In this document: positions 1-12,429 of the stretch, in pieces
Numbering within the stretch: the first letter of the stretch is position 1
Layout: every line of letters begins with the position of its first letter
Made by a program: the position numbers and the translations under genes
Source of the DNA: Escherichia coli
GTDB lineage: Bacteria; Pseudomonadota; Gammaproteobacteria; Enterobacterales; Enterobacteriaceae
Assembly: GCF_003334305.1 (NCBI RefSeq)
Contig: NZ_QOWS01000024.1
Strand: one strand, 5' to 3'
DNA: 64,000 bases
The notes under the pieces: model-generated
Seen by the model: only the letters and a program-made list of their open reading frames with translations
Databases searched by the model: none
What the model was told of the DNA's origin: nothing

Positions 1-220
1 GCTCGAAGGAGAGACGAGTGATATGGGAAAACTGGCTTTGCCGTTCACCTTTCAAAAGCGGAAGTTCCCCCACCAGCGCGCGGGCCAGCGCCGATTTCCC
101 GCTTCCATTCGAACCGACAAACGCCCAACTATCACCCGCGTTTAACGTTAGCTGAGGCAATTGCAGCGTTTTTGTGTCGCTAAGACGAAACGTGCCTTGC
201 AAAATTTGCAACGATGACAT
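1..220 (-). CDS. modF: ModF, molybdate-related ABC-type ATPase, N-terminal fragment; start codon at 218-220, gene continues beyond window start
   Basis: Reverse complement of 181-220 translates MSSLQILQGTFRLS...; position divergent from modE as in E. coli K-12. Confidence 0.8.
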   Translation of the reverse strand, partial: MSSLQILQGTFRLSDTKTLQLPQLTLNAGDSWAFVGSNGSGKSALARALVGELPLLKGERQSQFSHITRLSFE

Positions 221-287
221 TTTATATCCCATTTTGTGCAGCGATTACTGACAGGGATACGTGTTTCATAACAAATTGTCAACACGC

Positions 288-1076
288 TTAGCACAGCGTG
301 GCGATAATCACGCTGTCGGCATTAAAGTAGGCCGTGACATTCTGCCCTTGCTGAAGAGAAGTCGCTTCATTTACCGGCACTGTGGCGCACAGTGTTTGCC
401 CGTCGGGTAGCGCCATTAATACTTCGCACTGCTCTGCGCCGCGCTCAATATGACTAATAATACCCGGTAATTGGTTGTCAGCGTTTTGCGCGACCGCCTC
501 GTCCTGAGTAATACCTACCCACGGCGCTTTTAGCAATATCAACACTTCTTTGCCTTCATCCAGCCCCAGACGCGCGCCGCTTTGTGCGGTAATTGCGACT
601 TTCAGGCGTGTTTTTCCGTCAGCCAGTAAGACATCAACATGCTGTTGAACGTCATCATGATCGCGGGCGGTGATGGTGCCGAACCACTGGTTACGGGCGC
701 TGGTTTGCAGTGAAAAACGTGAGATCGCGGCCAGCAGGCTGTTCAGCGGCAGGGCGTCATCGTCACTTAACACATCAAAGGCTTTTTGCTGGATTTGCGC
801 CAGTAAGTCATAGAGCTGAATCAGTCGCTGACCATAGCGGGTCAGTACTGCGCCGCCGCCACCTTTACCGCCTGTTGCGCGCTCGACCAGAATATGCTCA
901 CTTAACTGATTCATCTCGTTAATGGCATCCCAGGCGCTTTTATAGCTGATACCGGCATCTTTCGCTCCCTGGCTAATGGAACCGGAAAGCGCAATGTGTT
1001 TTAGTAGCGAAATCCGGCGCGGGTCGGCGAATAATTTTTGTTGGAGCTTAAGGGTGAGAAGGATTTCGGCCTGCAT
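288..1076 (-). CDS. modE: ModE, molybdate-responsive transcriptional regulator
   Basis: 262 aa ORF, expected length; N-terminal HTH and C-terminal tandem molybdate-binding domains; divergent from modABC. Confidence 0.95.
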   Translation of the reverse strand: MQAEILLTLKLQQKLFADPRRISLLKHIALSGSISQGAKDAGISYKSAWDAINEMNQLSEHILVERATGGKGGGGAVLTRYGQRLIQLYDLLAQIQQKAFDVLSDDDALPLNSLLAAISRFSLQTSARNQWFGTITARDHDDVQQHVDVLLADGKTRLKVAITAQSGARLGLDEGKEVLILLKAPWVGITQDEAVAQNADNQLPGIISHIERGAEQCEVLMALPDGQTLCATVPVNEATSLQQGQNVTAYFNADSVIIATLC

Positions 1077-1186
1077 AACAATGTCCTGGCAAAAGTCTTA
1101 TTGTGACGGAAAACGAACGCCACGCAAAGCTGACCGCACAAAAGGGGAGTGCTTTTCTGTGCTTAGCGGTTAGAATAGTCTCATGA

Positions 1187-1354
<168 letters not shown>

Positions 1355-1361
1355 TTCCCTG

Positions 1362-1390
1362 AATGCCCGCTTAGTCGGGCATTTTCTTTT
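1362..1390 (+). terminator. Rho-independent terminator after acrZ
   Basis: Hairpin ATGCCCG-cttag-CGGGCAT followed by T-run. Confidence 0.6.
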
Positions 1391-1477
1391 TCTCAACTTC
1401 CTGCTTTTCCTGCCGATATTTTTTCTTATCTACCTCACAAAGGTTAGCAATAACTGCTGGGAAAATTCTGAGCTAGC

Positions 1478-1510
1478 CGTTATATTGTCGCCTACATAAC
1501 GTTACATTAA
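1478..1510. promoter_or_regulatory. ModE operator at modA promoter
   Basis: CGTTATATTGTCGCCTACATAACGTTACATTAA immediately upstream of modA start; matches remembered ModE binding sequence. Confidence 0.6.
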
Positions 1511-1520
1511 GGGGTTACCA

Positions 1521-2294
1521 ATGGCTCGTAAATGGTTGAACTTGTTTGCCGGGGCGGCACTCTCTTTCGCTGTTGCTGGCAATACACTGGCAGATGAAGG
1601 GAAAATCACGGTGTTCGCCGCCGCATCACTGACTAACGCAATGCAGGACATTGCTACGCAGTATAAAAAAGAAAAAGGCGTGGATGTGGTTTCTTCTTTC
1701 GCTTCGTCATCTACTCTCGCCCGTCAGATTGAAGCGGGTGCGCCTGCGGATCTGTTTATTTCTGCCGATCAGAAATGGATGGATTATGCTGTTGATAAAA
1801 AAGCGATCGATACTGCTACGCGTCAGACACTGCTCGGCAATAGCCTGGTCGTTGTAGCACCGAAAGCCAGCGAGCAGAAAGATTTCACCATCGACAGCAA
1901 AACCAACTGGACTTCGCTGCTGAATGGCGGTCGTCTGGCGGTTGGCGATCCGGAACATGTTCCCGCTGGCATTTATGCAAAAGAAGCACTGCAAAAACTG
2001 GGCGCATGGGATACGCTCTCTCCGAAACTGGCTCCGGCGGAAGATGTTCGTGGCGCGCTGGCGTTGGTCGAACGCAATGAAGCGCCGCTGGGCATAGTTT
2101 ACGGTTCTGACGCAGTTGCCAGCAAAGGGGTAAAAGTGGTCGCCACCTTCCCGGAAGATTCGCATAAAAAAGTGGAATACCCGGTTGCTGTTGTGGAAGG
2201 GCATAACAATGCGACAGTGAAAGCATTTTATGATTATTTGAAAGGGCCGCAGGCTGCGGAAATCTTTAAACGTTACGGATTTACAACCAAGTAA
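1521..2294 (+). CDS. modA: ModA, periplasmic molybdate-binding protein
   Basis: 257 aa ORF with signal peptide; first gene of modABC. Confidence 0.95.
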   Translation: MARKWLNLFAGAALSFAVAGNTLADEGKITVFAAASLTNAMQDIATQYKKEKGVDVVSSFASSSTLARQIEAGAPADLFISADQKWMDYAVDKKAIDTATRQTLLGNSLVVVAPKASEQKDFTIDSKTNWTSLLNGGRLAVGDPEHVPAGIYAKEALQKLGAWDTLSPKLAPAEDVRGALALVERNEAPLGIVYGSDAVASKGVKVVATFPEDSHKKVEYPVAVVEGHNNATVKAFYDYLKGPQAAEIFKRYGFTTK

Positions 2295-2983
2295 TGATAC
2301 TGACCGATCCAGAATGGCAGGCAGTTTTATTAAGCCTGAAAGTTTCTTCCCTGGCTGTGCTGTTTAGCCTGCCGTTTGGGATCTTTTTTGCCTGGTTACT
2401 GGTGCGTTGCACGTTTCCGGGCAAAGCTCTGCTCGACAGCGTACTGCATCTACCGCTGGTGTTACCGCCCGTGGTCGTCGGTTACTTATTATTAGTTTCG
2501 ATGGGACGGCGCGGGTTTATCGGTGAACGTCTGTATGACTGGTTTGGCATTACCTTCGCCTTTAGCTGGCGCGGCGCGGTTCTCGCTGCCGCCGTCATGT
2601 CGTTTCCGCTGATGGTGCGGGCAATTCGTCTGGCGCTGGAAGGGGTTGATGTCAAACTGGAACAGGCCGCAAGAACACTGGGGGCCGGGCGCTGGCGCGT
2701 TTTCTTTACTATCACGATACCGCTGACCTTACCGGGAATTATTGTTGGTACGGTACTGGCTTTTGCTCGTTCTCTCGGTGAATTTGGCGCAACCATCACC
2801 TTTGTGTCGAACATTCCTGGTGAAACGCGAACCATTCCTTCTGCCATGTATACCCTGATTCAGACCCCCGGCGGGGAAAGTGGCGCAGCGAGACTGTGCA
2901 TTATTTCTATTGCGCTGGCGATGATCTCCCTGTTGATTTCAGAATGGCTGGCCAGAATCAGCCGTGAACGGGCGGGGCGCTAA
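2294..2983 (+). CDS. modB: ModB, molybdate ABC transporter permease
   Basis: 229 aa polytopic membrane protein; start overlaps modA stop. Confidence 0.95.
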   Translation: MILTDPEWQAVLLSLKVSSLAVLFSLPFGIFFAWLLVRCTFPGKALLDSVLHLPLVLPPVVVGYLLLVSMGRRGFIGERLYDWFGITFAFSWRGAVLAAAVMSFPLMVRAIRLALEGVDVKLEQAARTLGAGRWRVFFTITIPLTLPGIIVGTVLAFARSLGEFGATITFVSNIPGETRTIPSAMYTLIQTPGGESGAARLCIISIALAMISLLISEWLARISRERAGR

Positions 2984-2985
2984 TC

Positions 2986-4044
2986 ATGCTGGAACTGAAT
3001 TTTTCCCAGACGTTGGGCAACCATTGCCTGACTATTAATGAAACGCTGCCCGCCAATGGCATCACTGCTATCTTTGGCGTCTCCGGTGCCGGAAAAACTT
3101 CGCTGATTAACGCCATCAGTGGACTGACGCGCCCGCAAAAAGGGAGGATTGTCCTCAATGGTCGGGTACTAAATGATGCCGAAAAAGGTATCTGCCTGAC
3201 GCCAGAAAAGCGTCGCGTTGGCTATGTTTTTCAGGATGCGCGGCTGTTTCCGCATTACAAAGTGCGTGGCAATCTGCGCTACGGCATGGCGAAAAGCATG
3301 GTCGATCAGTTCGATAAGCTGGTGGCGCTTTTAGGCATTGAACCGTTGCTTGACCGTTTACCAGGCAGCCTGTCCGGAGGCGAAAAACAGCGCGTAGCGA
3401 TTGGGCGGGCTTTGCTGACGGCACCAGAATTGCTGTTGCTGGATGAACCGCTGGCGTCACTGGATATTCCGCGTAAACGCGAACTGTTGCCTTATCTGCA
3501 ACGTCTGACGCGGGAAATCAACATCCCGATGTTGTATGTCAGCCATTCGCTGGATGAGATCCTCCATTTGGCAGACAGAGTGATGGTACTGGAAAACGGT
3601 CAGGTGAAAGCCTTTGGCGCACTGGAAGAAGTCTGGGGTAGTAGCGTGATGAATCCGTGGCTGCCGAAAGAGCAACAAAGTAGCATTCTGAAAGTGACGG
3701 TGCTTGAGCATCATCCGCATTACGCGATGACCGCGCTGGCGCTGGGCGATCAGCATTTGTGGGTCAATAAGCTGGACGAACCGCTGCAAGCTGCGCTACG
3801 TATCCGCATTCAGGCTTCCGATGTTTCTCTGGTTTTACAACCGCCGCAGCAAACCAGCATTCGTAACGTATTGCGGGCAAAAGTTGTTAATAGTTATGAC
3901 GACAACGGCCAGGTGGAAGTGGAACTGGAAGTCGGAGGTAAAACGCTGTGGGCGCGTATCAGCCCGTGGGCCAGGGATGAACTGGTGATCAAACCTGGCC
4001 TGTGGCTGTACGCGCAAATTAAAAGTGTGTCGATAACCGCCTGA
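2986..4044 (+). CDS. modC: ModC, molybdate ABC transporter ATPase
   Basis: 352 aa; Walker [13 protein letters not shown] signature LSGGEKQR, C-terminal molybdate-binding domain. Confidence 0.95.
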   Translation: MLELNFSQTLGNHCLTINETLPANGITAIFGVSGAGKTSLINAISGLTRPQKGRIVLNGRVLNDAEKGICLTPEKRRVGYVFQDARLFPHYKVRGNLRYGMAKSMVDQFDKLVALLGIEPLLDRLPGSLSGGEKQRVAIGRALLTAPELLLLDEPLASLDIPRKRELLPYLQRLTREINIPMLYVSHSLDEILHLADRVMVLENGQVKAFGALEEVWGSSVMNPWLPKEQQSSILKVTVLEHHPHYAMTALALGDQHLWVNKLDEPLQAALRIRIQASDVSLVLQPPQQTSIRNVLRAKVVNSYDDNGQVEVELEVGGKTLWARISPWARDELVIKPGLWLYAQIKSVSITA

Positions 4045-4863
4045 TTAAATCAGGTGGCTATAAATGAACTGGGCAATGCTGTCGGTGGTGTTATCACCAA
4101 TCACAATGTTGGCGCGCGCTTTTACCGCGTCATCGGCGTTGCCCATCGCCACGCCTGTACCAGCGGCTTCCAGCATACTGATATCATTAAAGTTATCGCC
4201 GAATGCCACGACGTTTTCCATCGACCAACCTTGCGCCTCAACCCATTTCGTCAAACGTTTACCTTTGCTGTTGCCGCCGCGTGCAATATCAACCTGATCG
4301 TGCCAGGACCATTCACACTCCAGTCCCAGTTCATGTTCGACATGCTTACCAAAATGCTGCAATTGCGGCAGGTCATCGTGCGTCAGGGCGAACTTCCATA
4401 CGGCGTTAACTTGTTGCGCCGTTTCAGCCAGAGAAGCGACTTGTGTGAAAGTCGGACGCTGTTCCGGCGGCAGGGTTTGCGCCCAGTTAGACGTGCGAAT
4501 GACATGCCCGGTCGGGTGCTCATAGACCATTGCATCATCGACATACATCAGACCGTGAATGTGGTGTTCATTCAGCATCTCAATGAGTTGCAGGGCTTTA
4601 TTAACGGGCATTGGGTCCGCTTCCAGCACGGTTTTTGCATGATAATCATACAAATAGGTGCCATTACAGCAAATAGCAGGTGTATCCAGCGCCAGCGCCT
4701 GATAAAAAGGATGAATAGCGACGTGATGGCGACCTGTGACGATGATTAATTGATAGCCTGCTTCGCGAGCGCGGGCCAGGGCTTCTATCGATGATGGAAG
4801 CAAGGTCTTTTTCGGGGTCAATAAGGTGCCGTCTAAGTCGAGAGCAATCACGCGTGTGGTCAT
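4045..4863 (-). CDS. ybhA: YbhA, HAD-family (Cof-type) pyridoxal phosphate phosphatase
   Basis: Start MTTRVIALDLDGTLL (HAD motif I DxDGT); 272 aa when started at 4861-4863; ORF track gives a 34-residue N-terminal over-extension. Confidence 0.9.
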   Translation of the reverse strand: MTTRVIALDLDGTLLTPKKTLLPSSIEALARAREAGYQLIIVTGRHHVAIHPFYQALALDTPAICCNGTYLYDYHAKTVLEADPMPVNKALQLIEMLNEHHIHGLMYVDDAMVYEHPTGHVIRTSNWAQTLPPEQRPTFTQVASLAETAQQVNAVWKFALTHDDLPQLQHFGKHVEHELGLECEWSWHDQVDIARGGNSKGKRLTKWVEAQGWSMENVVAFGDNFNDISMLEAAGTGVAMGNADDAVKARANIVIGDNTTDSIAQFIYSHLI

Positions 4864-4981
4864 GGCGTATTCCAGATTAAGGTTAAGAATTTTCGTCTGC
4901 GCGAATGGTACACCGATACCACTATCGGACAAAATTCTGCGTTTTAATTCAGCATTCACCGCCAAAAGCGACTAATTTTAG

Positions 4982-6013
<1,032 letters not shown>

Positions 6014-6024
6014 CCGCTGATTTA

Positions 6025-6050
6025 ACCGGCGCAGTCTCTCCTGCGCCGGT
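6025..6050. terminator. Bidirectional hairpin between convergent pgl and ybhD
   Basis: Perfect 10-bp stem ACCGGCGCAG/CTGCGCCGGT with 6-nt loop. Confidence 0.5.
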
Positions 6051-6053
6051 GTA

Positions 6054-7007
6054 TTAACCTATCTCCTGTAACGCATGTCTCTGGCGTTCGACGATATTGG
6101 TCCACAAATTGTCTTTATCGTCAGTCCACAAATTAATCAGCAAGGCAAAAAAGCGTTCTGCTGCCGGAGAAAGCACGGCATCTTTGCGGCGAATAATCCC
6201 CAATGTCCGACGTATAACGGGTTCCACCAGTGGAATACCAATAATCGAAGAATAGGGCGCATGGGGCATTGCCAGACCAGGAAGCGCCGAAATCCCCAGT
6301 CCCGCCTCTACCAGTCCTAATGACGTCGAAAGATGACGCACTTCGTAAAACCAGTCCAGCTTCCAGGGCTTGTCGGCTAGCTGTTGTTCTATCAACAATC
6401 GGTTGCCGCTGGAGGAACGTACGCCAATCATTTTGTAACCCACTAACTCCTGCCATTCTACAAGCTGCTTTTTGGCCAATGGATGGTCACGCCGACAGGC
6501 CAGCACGAATGGCTCGTTGACCAGTGGGGTAAAATCAATGGATGAATTTGTGACGTTGTTCATGTTTATGCCAAAGTCTGATTCGTTACACAGCACCGAT
6601 TCCATGCAATTATTCGTGCCTTGTTCCAGAATCCGCACTTTAATATTGGGATACAGCTCATTAAATTTACCGATTGCCAGCGGTAAAAAATAAAATACTG
6701 CGGTCGGAATACACGCTAACGTCACCATACCACGATGATAAGCATTCATATCACGAATATTAAAAAGCGTTTCATCGAATTTCTTTATTAATTCCCGCGC
6801 CTCCGGGAGCAACCTTTTTCCTGCTTTTGTTAACGTAACCTTGCGAGTTTTACGCTCAAATAGTTGAATATGTAAATCTTCCTCCATCTTTTTTATTCTT
6901 CGCGTTAATGCAGGTTGCGTAATATTGAGTAATTTAGCAGCATTGTTAAATGAACTGGACTCTGCCAGTATGACAAATGCCTTCATACTTGATAATTCAT
7001 GCTTCAT
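6054..7007 (-). CDS. ybhD: YbhD, LysR-family transcriptional regulator
   Basis: N-terminal HTH (ITQPALTRRIKKMEEDL), LysR substrate domain; 317 aa if started at MKHELSS (7005-7007); start choice uncertain. Confidence 0.85.
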   Translation of the reverse strand: MKHELSSMKAFVILAESSSFNNAAKLLNITQPALTRRIKKMEEDLHIQLFERKTRKVTLTKAGKRLLPEARELIKKFDETLFNIRDMNAYHRGMVTLACIPTAVFYFLPLAIGKFNELYPNIKVRILEQGTNNCMESVLCNESDFGINMNNVTNSSIDFTPLVNEPFVLACRRDHPLAKKQLVEWQELVGYKMIGVRSSSGNRLLIEQQLADKPWKLDWFYEVRHLSTSLGLVEAGLGISALPGLAMPHAPYSSIIGIPLVEPVIRRTLGIIRRKDAVLSPAAERFFALLINLWTDDKDNLWTNIVERQRHALQEIG

Positions 7008-7083
7008 TATTACTCCGGAAAATGGAAGCGACGATTTTGGGTGGCTGGTCGTTAAAAATTTTAACTGCATTTAGCCAACTTAA

Positions 7084-7106
7084 ATTAATGAAAAAATGTT
7101 ATTAAT
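7084..7106. promoter_or_regulatory. Candidate LysR-type operator (T-N11-A palindrome) in ybhD/ybhH divergent promoter region
   Basis: ATTAAT-N11-ATTAAT read directly in sequence. Confidence 0.3.
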
Positions 7107-7190
7107 CGTTGAGCTAAAGTCATTAGAGATGCTTTGTCCTTAATGTAACCATATCGCAATAAGTTATGTTTTTAAATTGAGGGCATTATT

Positions 7191-8243
7191 ATGAAAAAAA
7201 TACCCTGCGTGATGATGCGAGGTGGAACCTCGAGGGGCGCGTTCCTGTTAGCGGAACATTTACCCGAAGATCAAACGCAGCGCGATAAAATATTGATGGC
7301 AATTATGGGTTCCGGTAACGATCTGGAAATTGACGGTATTGGCGGCGGTAATCCACTGACCAGTAAAGTCGCCATTATTAGCCGTTCCAGCGATCCGCGT
7401 GCTGATGTTGATTATCTGTTTGCTCAAGTTATCGTCCATGAGCAACGTGTCGATACCACGCCTAACTGCGGCAATATGCTTTCTGGCGTTGGGGCATTCG
7501 CCATTGAAAATGGTTTGATTGCAGCGACATCACCGGTCACCCGTGTGCGTATCCGCAACGTCAATACGGGTACGTTCATCGAAGCTGATGTGCAAACGCC
7601 AAATGGTGTTGTCGAGTACGAGGGTAGTGCCAGAATTGACGGCGTACCGGGTACTGCCGCACCGGTTGCGCTCACTTTCCTGAATGCCGCTGGAACCAAA
7701 ACCGGAAAAGTTTTCCCGACTGATAATCAGATTGATTATTTTGACGATGTCCCGGTGACCTGTATCGATATGGCGATGCCAGTCGTCATTATTCCGGCTG
7801 AATATCTGGGAAAAACAGGTTATGAATTACCGGCGGAACTGGATGCCGACAAAGCATTATTAGCCCGCATTGAATCTATCCGTCTACAAGCGGGTAAAGC
7901 AATGGGCTTAGGTGATGTCAGTAATATGGTTATCCCTAAACCTGTGCTTATTTCTCCAGCGCAGAAAGGCGGGGCAATTAATGTGCGTTATTTTATGCCG
8001 CATTCTTGCCATCGCGCGCTGGCGATAACCGGTGCTATTGCTATTTCCAGTAGTTGTGCATTGGAAGGCACCGTCACCCGACAAATCGTCCCTTCTGTAG
8101 GATACGGCAATATCAATATTGAACACCCCAGTGGTGCGCTCGACGTTCATTTAAGTAATGAAGGTCAGGATGCCACGACGTTACGCGCATCTGTTATTCG
8201 GACAACCAGAAAAATATTTTCCGGTGAAGTTTATCTTCCCTGA
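7191..8243 (+). CDS. ybhH: YbhH, PrpF/4-oxalomesaconate tautomerase-like putative isomerase
   Basis: 350 aa ORF; family assignment from memory of YbhH. Confidence 0.85.
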   Translation: MKKIPCVMMRGGTSRGAFLLAEHLPEDQTQRDKILMAIMGSGNDLEIDGIGGGNPLTSKVAIISRSSDPRADVDYLFAQVIVHEQRVDTTPNCGNMLSGVGAFAIENGLIAATSPVTRVRIRNVNTGTFIEADVQTPNGVVEYEGSARIDGVPGTAAPVALTFLNAAGTKTGKVFPTDNQIDYFDDVPVTCIDMAMPVVIIPAEYLGKTGYELPAELDADKALLARIESIRLQAGKAMGLGDVSNMVIPKPVLISPAQKGGAINVRYFMPHSCHRALAITGAIAISSSCALEGTVTRQIVPSVGYGNINIEHPSGALDVHLSNEGQDATTLRASVIRTTRKIFSGEVYLP

Positions 8244-8318
8244 AAAAATTCGTTGTCAGGATAAGGACAATCAATAAAGGACTTCTGTATGAGTCATACA
8301 GAAAGAACAGGATTTTAA

Positions 8319-9752
8319 ATGAATAAGAAATCGTTATGGAAGCTAATTCTGATATTAGCGATCCCATGTATTATTGGCTTTATGCCAGCTCCGGCAGGAT
8401 TAAGCGAACTGGCCTGGGTGCTTTTTGGTATTTACCTGGCGGCCATTGTGGGGCTGGTTATCAAGCCTTTCCCGGAACCTGTCGTACTGTTAATTGCCGT
8501 TGCTGCCTCGATGGTGGTGGTCGGTAACTTATCCGACGGTGCGTTTAAGACCACCGCCGTATTAAGCGGTTACTCTTCAGGTACCACCTGGCTGGTGTTC
8601 TCGGCGTTTACCTTAAGCGCCGCATTTGTGACCACCGGCTTAGGTAAACGTATTGCCTATTTGCTGATTGGTAAAATTGGTAGCACTACCCTGGGTCTGG
8701 GTTACGTTACGGTATTTCTCGATCTGGTACTGGCTCCGGCAACACCGTCTAACACCGCGCGTGCGGGCGGCATTGTGTTACCGATCATCAACAGCGTGGC
8801 GGTGGCTTTGGGGTCCGAACCGGAAAAAAGTCCGCGTCGTGTCGGACATTACCTGATGATGTCCATTTACATGGTCACCAAAACCACCAGCTATATGTTC
8901 TTTACCGCAATGGCGGGGAACATTCTGGCGCTGAAAATGATCAACGACATTCTGCACCTGCAAATTAGCTGGGGTGGATGGGCGCTGGCCGCCGGATTGC
9001 CGGGCATCATTATGCTGCTGGTCACCCCGCTGGTGATTTACACCATGTATCCGCCAGAAATTAAGAAGGTGGATAACAAAACCATCGCCAAAGCGGGCCT
9101 TGCCGAACTGGGACCGATGAAAATCCGCGAAAAAATGCTGCTCGGTGTCTTTGTGCTGGCGCTACTGGGCTGGATTTTCAGTAAGTCTCTGGGGGTTGAT
9201 GAATCCACCGTGGCAATCGTTGTTATGGCGACCATGCTGCTGCTGGGTATCGTTACCTGGGAAGACGTGGTTAAAAATAAAGGCGGCTGGAATACCTTAA
9301 TCTGGTACGGCGGTATTATCGGCTTAAGCTCCTTATTATCGAAAGTTAAATTCTTCGAATGGTTAGCTGAAGTCTTTAAAAATAACCTGGCATTTGATGG
9401 TCACGGTAACGTTGCTTTCTTCGTTATTATTTTCCTCAGCATTATCGTGCGTTATTTCTTCGCTTCCGGTAGTGCCTATATCGTTGCTATGTTACCGGTA
9501 TTTGCCATGCTGGCGAACGTCTCCGGCGCACCGTTAATGTTAACTGCGCTGGCACTGTTGTTCTCCAACTCCTATGGCGGCATGGTTACTCACTATGGCG
9601 GCGCGGCAGGTCCGGTCATCTTTGGCGTGGGTTATAACGATATTAAATCCTGGTGGTTGGTCGGTGCGGTACTGACGATATTAACCTTCCTGGTGCATAT
9701 CACCCTCGGCGTGTGGTGGTGGAATATGCTGATCGGCTGGAACATGCTGTAA
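8319..9752 (+). CDS. ybhI: YbhI, DASS-family (CitT/TtdT-like) anion transporter
   Basis: 477 aa highly hydrophobic polytopic protein. Confidence 0.88.
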   Translation: MNKKSLWKLILILAIPCIIGFMPAPAGLSELAWVLFGIYLAAIVGLVIKPFPEPVVLLIAVAASMVVVGNLSDGAFKTTAVLSGYSSGTTWLVFSAFTLSAAFVTTGLGKRIAYLLIGKIGSTTLGLGYVTVFLDLVLAPATPSNTARAGGIVLPIINSVAVALGSEPEKSPRRVGHYLMMSIYMVTKTTSYMFFTAMAGNILALKMINDILHLQISWGGWALAAGLPGIIMLLVTPLVIYTMYPPEIKKVDNKTIAKAGLAELGPMKIREKMLLGVFVLALLGWIFSKSLGVDESTVAIVVMATMLLLGIVTWEDVVKNKGGWNTLIWYGGIIGLSSLLSKVKFFEWLAEVFKNNLAFDGHGNVAFFVIIFLSIIVRYFFASGSAYIVAMLPVFAMLANVSGAPLMLTALALLFSNSYGGMVTHYGGAAGPVIFGVGYNDIKSWWLVGAVLTILTFLVHITLGVWWWNMLIGWNML

Positions 9753-9934
9753 ATATACTCGTCATACTTCAAGTTGCATGTGCTGCGTCTGCGTTCGCTC
9801 ACCCCAGTCACTTACTTATGTAAGCTCCTGGGGATTCACTCGCTTGTCGCCTTCCTGCTACTCGAATTATTTAGAGTATATCCATTTATTATCTTTCTGC
9901 GCACTTCACGGTGCGCAGATATCGGGAGCATTTG

Positions 9935-12196
9935 ATGATCAAGTTATCTGAAAAAGGCGTGTTTCTCGCCAGTAATAACGAAATAATTGCCGAAGAACAT
10001 TTCACCGGCGAAATTAAAAAAGAAGAAGCCAAAAAAGGCACTATTGCCTGGTCTATTCTCTCTTCGCATAATACGTCCGGAAATATGGATAAACTTAAAA
10101 TTAAGTTTGATTCATTAGCCTCTCACGATATTACCTTTGTTGGTATTGTACAGACCGCTAAAGCGTCCGGAATGGAACGTTTCCCGCTGCCGTATGTGCT
10201 GACCAACTGCCATAACTCACTCTGCGCCGTCGGCGGCACCATTAACGGTGATGACCATGTTTTTGGTTTATCGGCGGCCCAGCGTTATGGCGGTATTTTT
10301 GTGCCTCCGCACATTGCGGTCATCCATCAATATATGCGTGAGATGATGGCAGGCGGCGGCAAAATGATCCTCGGGTCAGACAGCCACACCCGTTACGGTG
10401 CATTAGGGACAATGGCAGTCGGTGAGGGTGGCGGTGAGTTGGTAAAACAGCTGCTTAATGACACCTGGGATATCGACTATCCGGGCGTGGTTGCGGTGCA
10501 TCTGACCGGAAAACCTGCGCCGTATGTGGGGCCACAGGATGTGGCGCTGGCTATCATTGGCGCGGTGTTCAAAAACGGTTACGTCAAAAACAAAGTCATG
10601 GAGTTCGTTGGACCGGGCGTTAGCGCGCTCTCTACCGATTTCCGTAACAGCGTTGACGTGATGACCACGGAAACCACCTGTTTAAGCTCCGTCTGGCAAA
10701 CTGATGAAGAAGTGCATAACTGGCTGGCGCTGCACGGTCGCGGCCAGGATTACTGCCAGCTTAACCCTCAACCGATGGCGTACTACGATGGCTGCATCAG
10801 CGTTGATTTAAGCGCCATCAAACCAATGATTGCGCTGCCGTTCCACCCGAGCAACGTGTATGAAATCGACACACTGAACCAGAACCTGACCGACATTCTG
10901 CGTGAGATTGAAATTGAGTCCGAACGCGTGGCGCACGGTAAAGCCAAACTCTCGCTGCTGGATAAAGTGGAAAATGGTCGCCTGAAAGTGCAGCAGGGGA
11001 TTATCGCGGGCTGTTCTGGCGGTAACTACGAAAACGTCATCGCGGCGGCGAATGCACTGCGCGGTCAATCCTGTGGCAATGACACCTTCTCGCTGGCAGT
11101 TTACCCGTCATCACAGCCGGTGTTTATGGATCTCGCCAAAAAAGGTGTGGTAGCAGATTTGATTGGCGCAGGCGCAATCATCAGAACCGCGTTCTGCGGC
11201 CCATGCTTTGGCGCGGGCGATACGCCAATCAACAACGGTTTGAGTATTCGCCACACCACGCGTAACTTCCCGAACCGCGAAGGCTCTAAGCCAGCTAATG
11301 GGCAGATGTCAGCGGTGGCGTTGATGGACGCTCGTTCTATCGCTGCGACTGCGGCAAACGGTGGCTATTTAACCTCTGCCAGCGAACTTGATTGCTGGGA
11401 CAACGTGCCGGAGTACGCCTTCGATGTAACGCCGTATAAAAACCGTGTTTATCAGGGCTTTGTGAAAGGGGCAACTCAGCAACCGCTGATTTACGGACCG
11501 AACATTAAAGACTGGCCGGAATTGGGTGCGCTGACTGACAATATCGTCCTGAAAGTGTGCTCGAAGATCCTCGACGAAGTGACCACCACCGACGAACTGA
11601 TTCCTTCCGGTGAAACCTCTTCTTATCGTTCAAATCCGATTGGTCTGGCGGAGTTTACCCTGTCACGCCGCGATCCCGGTTATGTTGGCAGAAGTAAAGC
11701 GACTGCTGAGCTGGAAAATCAGCGTCTGGCGGGGAATGTCAGCGAGCTGACAGAGGTGTTTGCGCGCATTAAGCAGATTGCTGGTCAGGAGCATATTGAT
11801 CCGCTGCAAACTGAAATTGGCAGCATGGTATATGCGGTGAAACCAGGCGATGGTTCTGCGCGTGAACAGGCGGCGAGCTGCCAGCGTGTGATTGGCGGTC
11901 TGGCGAATATTGCCGAAGAGTACGCGACTAAACGCTACCGTTCTAACGTCATCAACTGGGGGATGTTACCGCTGCAGATGGCGGAAGTGCCAACCTTTGA
12001 AGTGGGGGATTACATTTACATCCCTGGCATTAAAGCGGCGCTGGATAATCCGGGTACGACGTTTAAAGGTTATGTGATCCATGAAGATGCGCCGGTAACG
12101 GAAATTACGCTCTATATGGAAAGTCTGACTGCTGAAGAGCGCGAGATTATCAAGGCGGGTAGTTTGATTAACTTCAATAAAAACCGTCAGATGTAA
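9935..12196 (+). CDS. ybhJ: YbhJ, aconitase-family protein of unknown substrate
   Basis: 753 aa from MIKLSEKG; aconitase-like motifs CGPCFG and SIRHTTRNF present. Confidence 0.88.
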   Translation: MIKLSEKGVFLASNNEIIAEEHFTGEIKKEEAKKGTIAWSILSSHNTSGNMDKLKIKFDSLASHDITFVGIVQTAKASGMERFPLPYVLTNCHNSLCAVGGTINGDDHVFGLSAAQRYGGIFVPPHIAVIHQYMREMMAGGGKMILGSDSHTRYGALGTMAVGEGGGELVKQLLNDTWDIDYPGVVAVHLTGKPAPYVGPQDVALAIIGAVFKNGYVKNKVMEFVGPGVSALSTDFRNSVDVMTTETTCLSSVWQTDEEVHNWLALHGRGQDYCQLNPQPMAYYDGCISVDLSAIKPMIALPFHPSNVYEIDTLNQNLTDILREIEIESERVAHGKAKLSLLDKVENGRLKVQQGIIAGCSGGNYENVIAAANALRGQSCGNDTFSLAVYPSSQPVFMDLAKKGVVADLIGAGAIIRTAFCGPCFGAGDTPINNGLSIRHTTRNFPNREGSKPANGQMSAVALMDARSIAATAANGGYLTSASELDCWDNVPEYAFDVTPYKNRVYQGFVKGATQQPLIYGPNIKDWPELGALTDNIVLKVCSKILDEVTTTDELIPSGETSSYRSNPIGLAEFTLSRRDPGYVGRSKATAELENQRLAGNVSELTEVFARIKQIAGQEHIDPLQTEIGSMVYAVKPGDGSAREQAASCQRVIGGLANIAEEYATKRYRSNVINWGMLPLQMAEVPTFEVGDYIYIPGIKAALDNPGTTFKGYVIHEDAPVTEITLYMESLTAEEREIIKAGSLINFNKNRQM

Positions 12197-12202
12197 AAAG
12201 CG

Positions 12203-12418
<216 letters not shown>

Positions 12419-12429
12419 GTTAATTGCTC

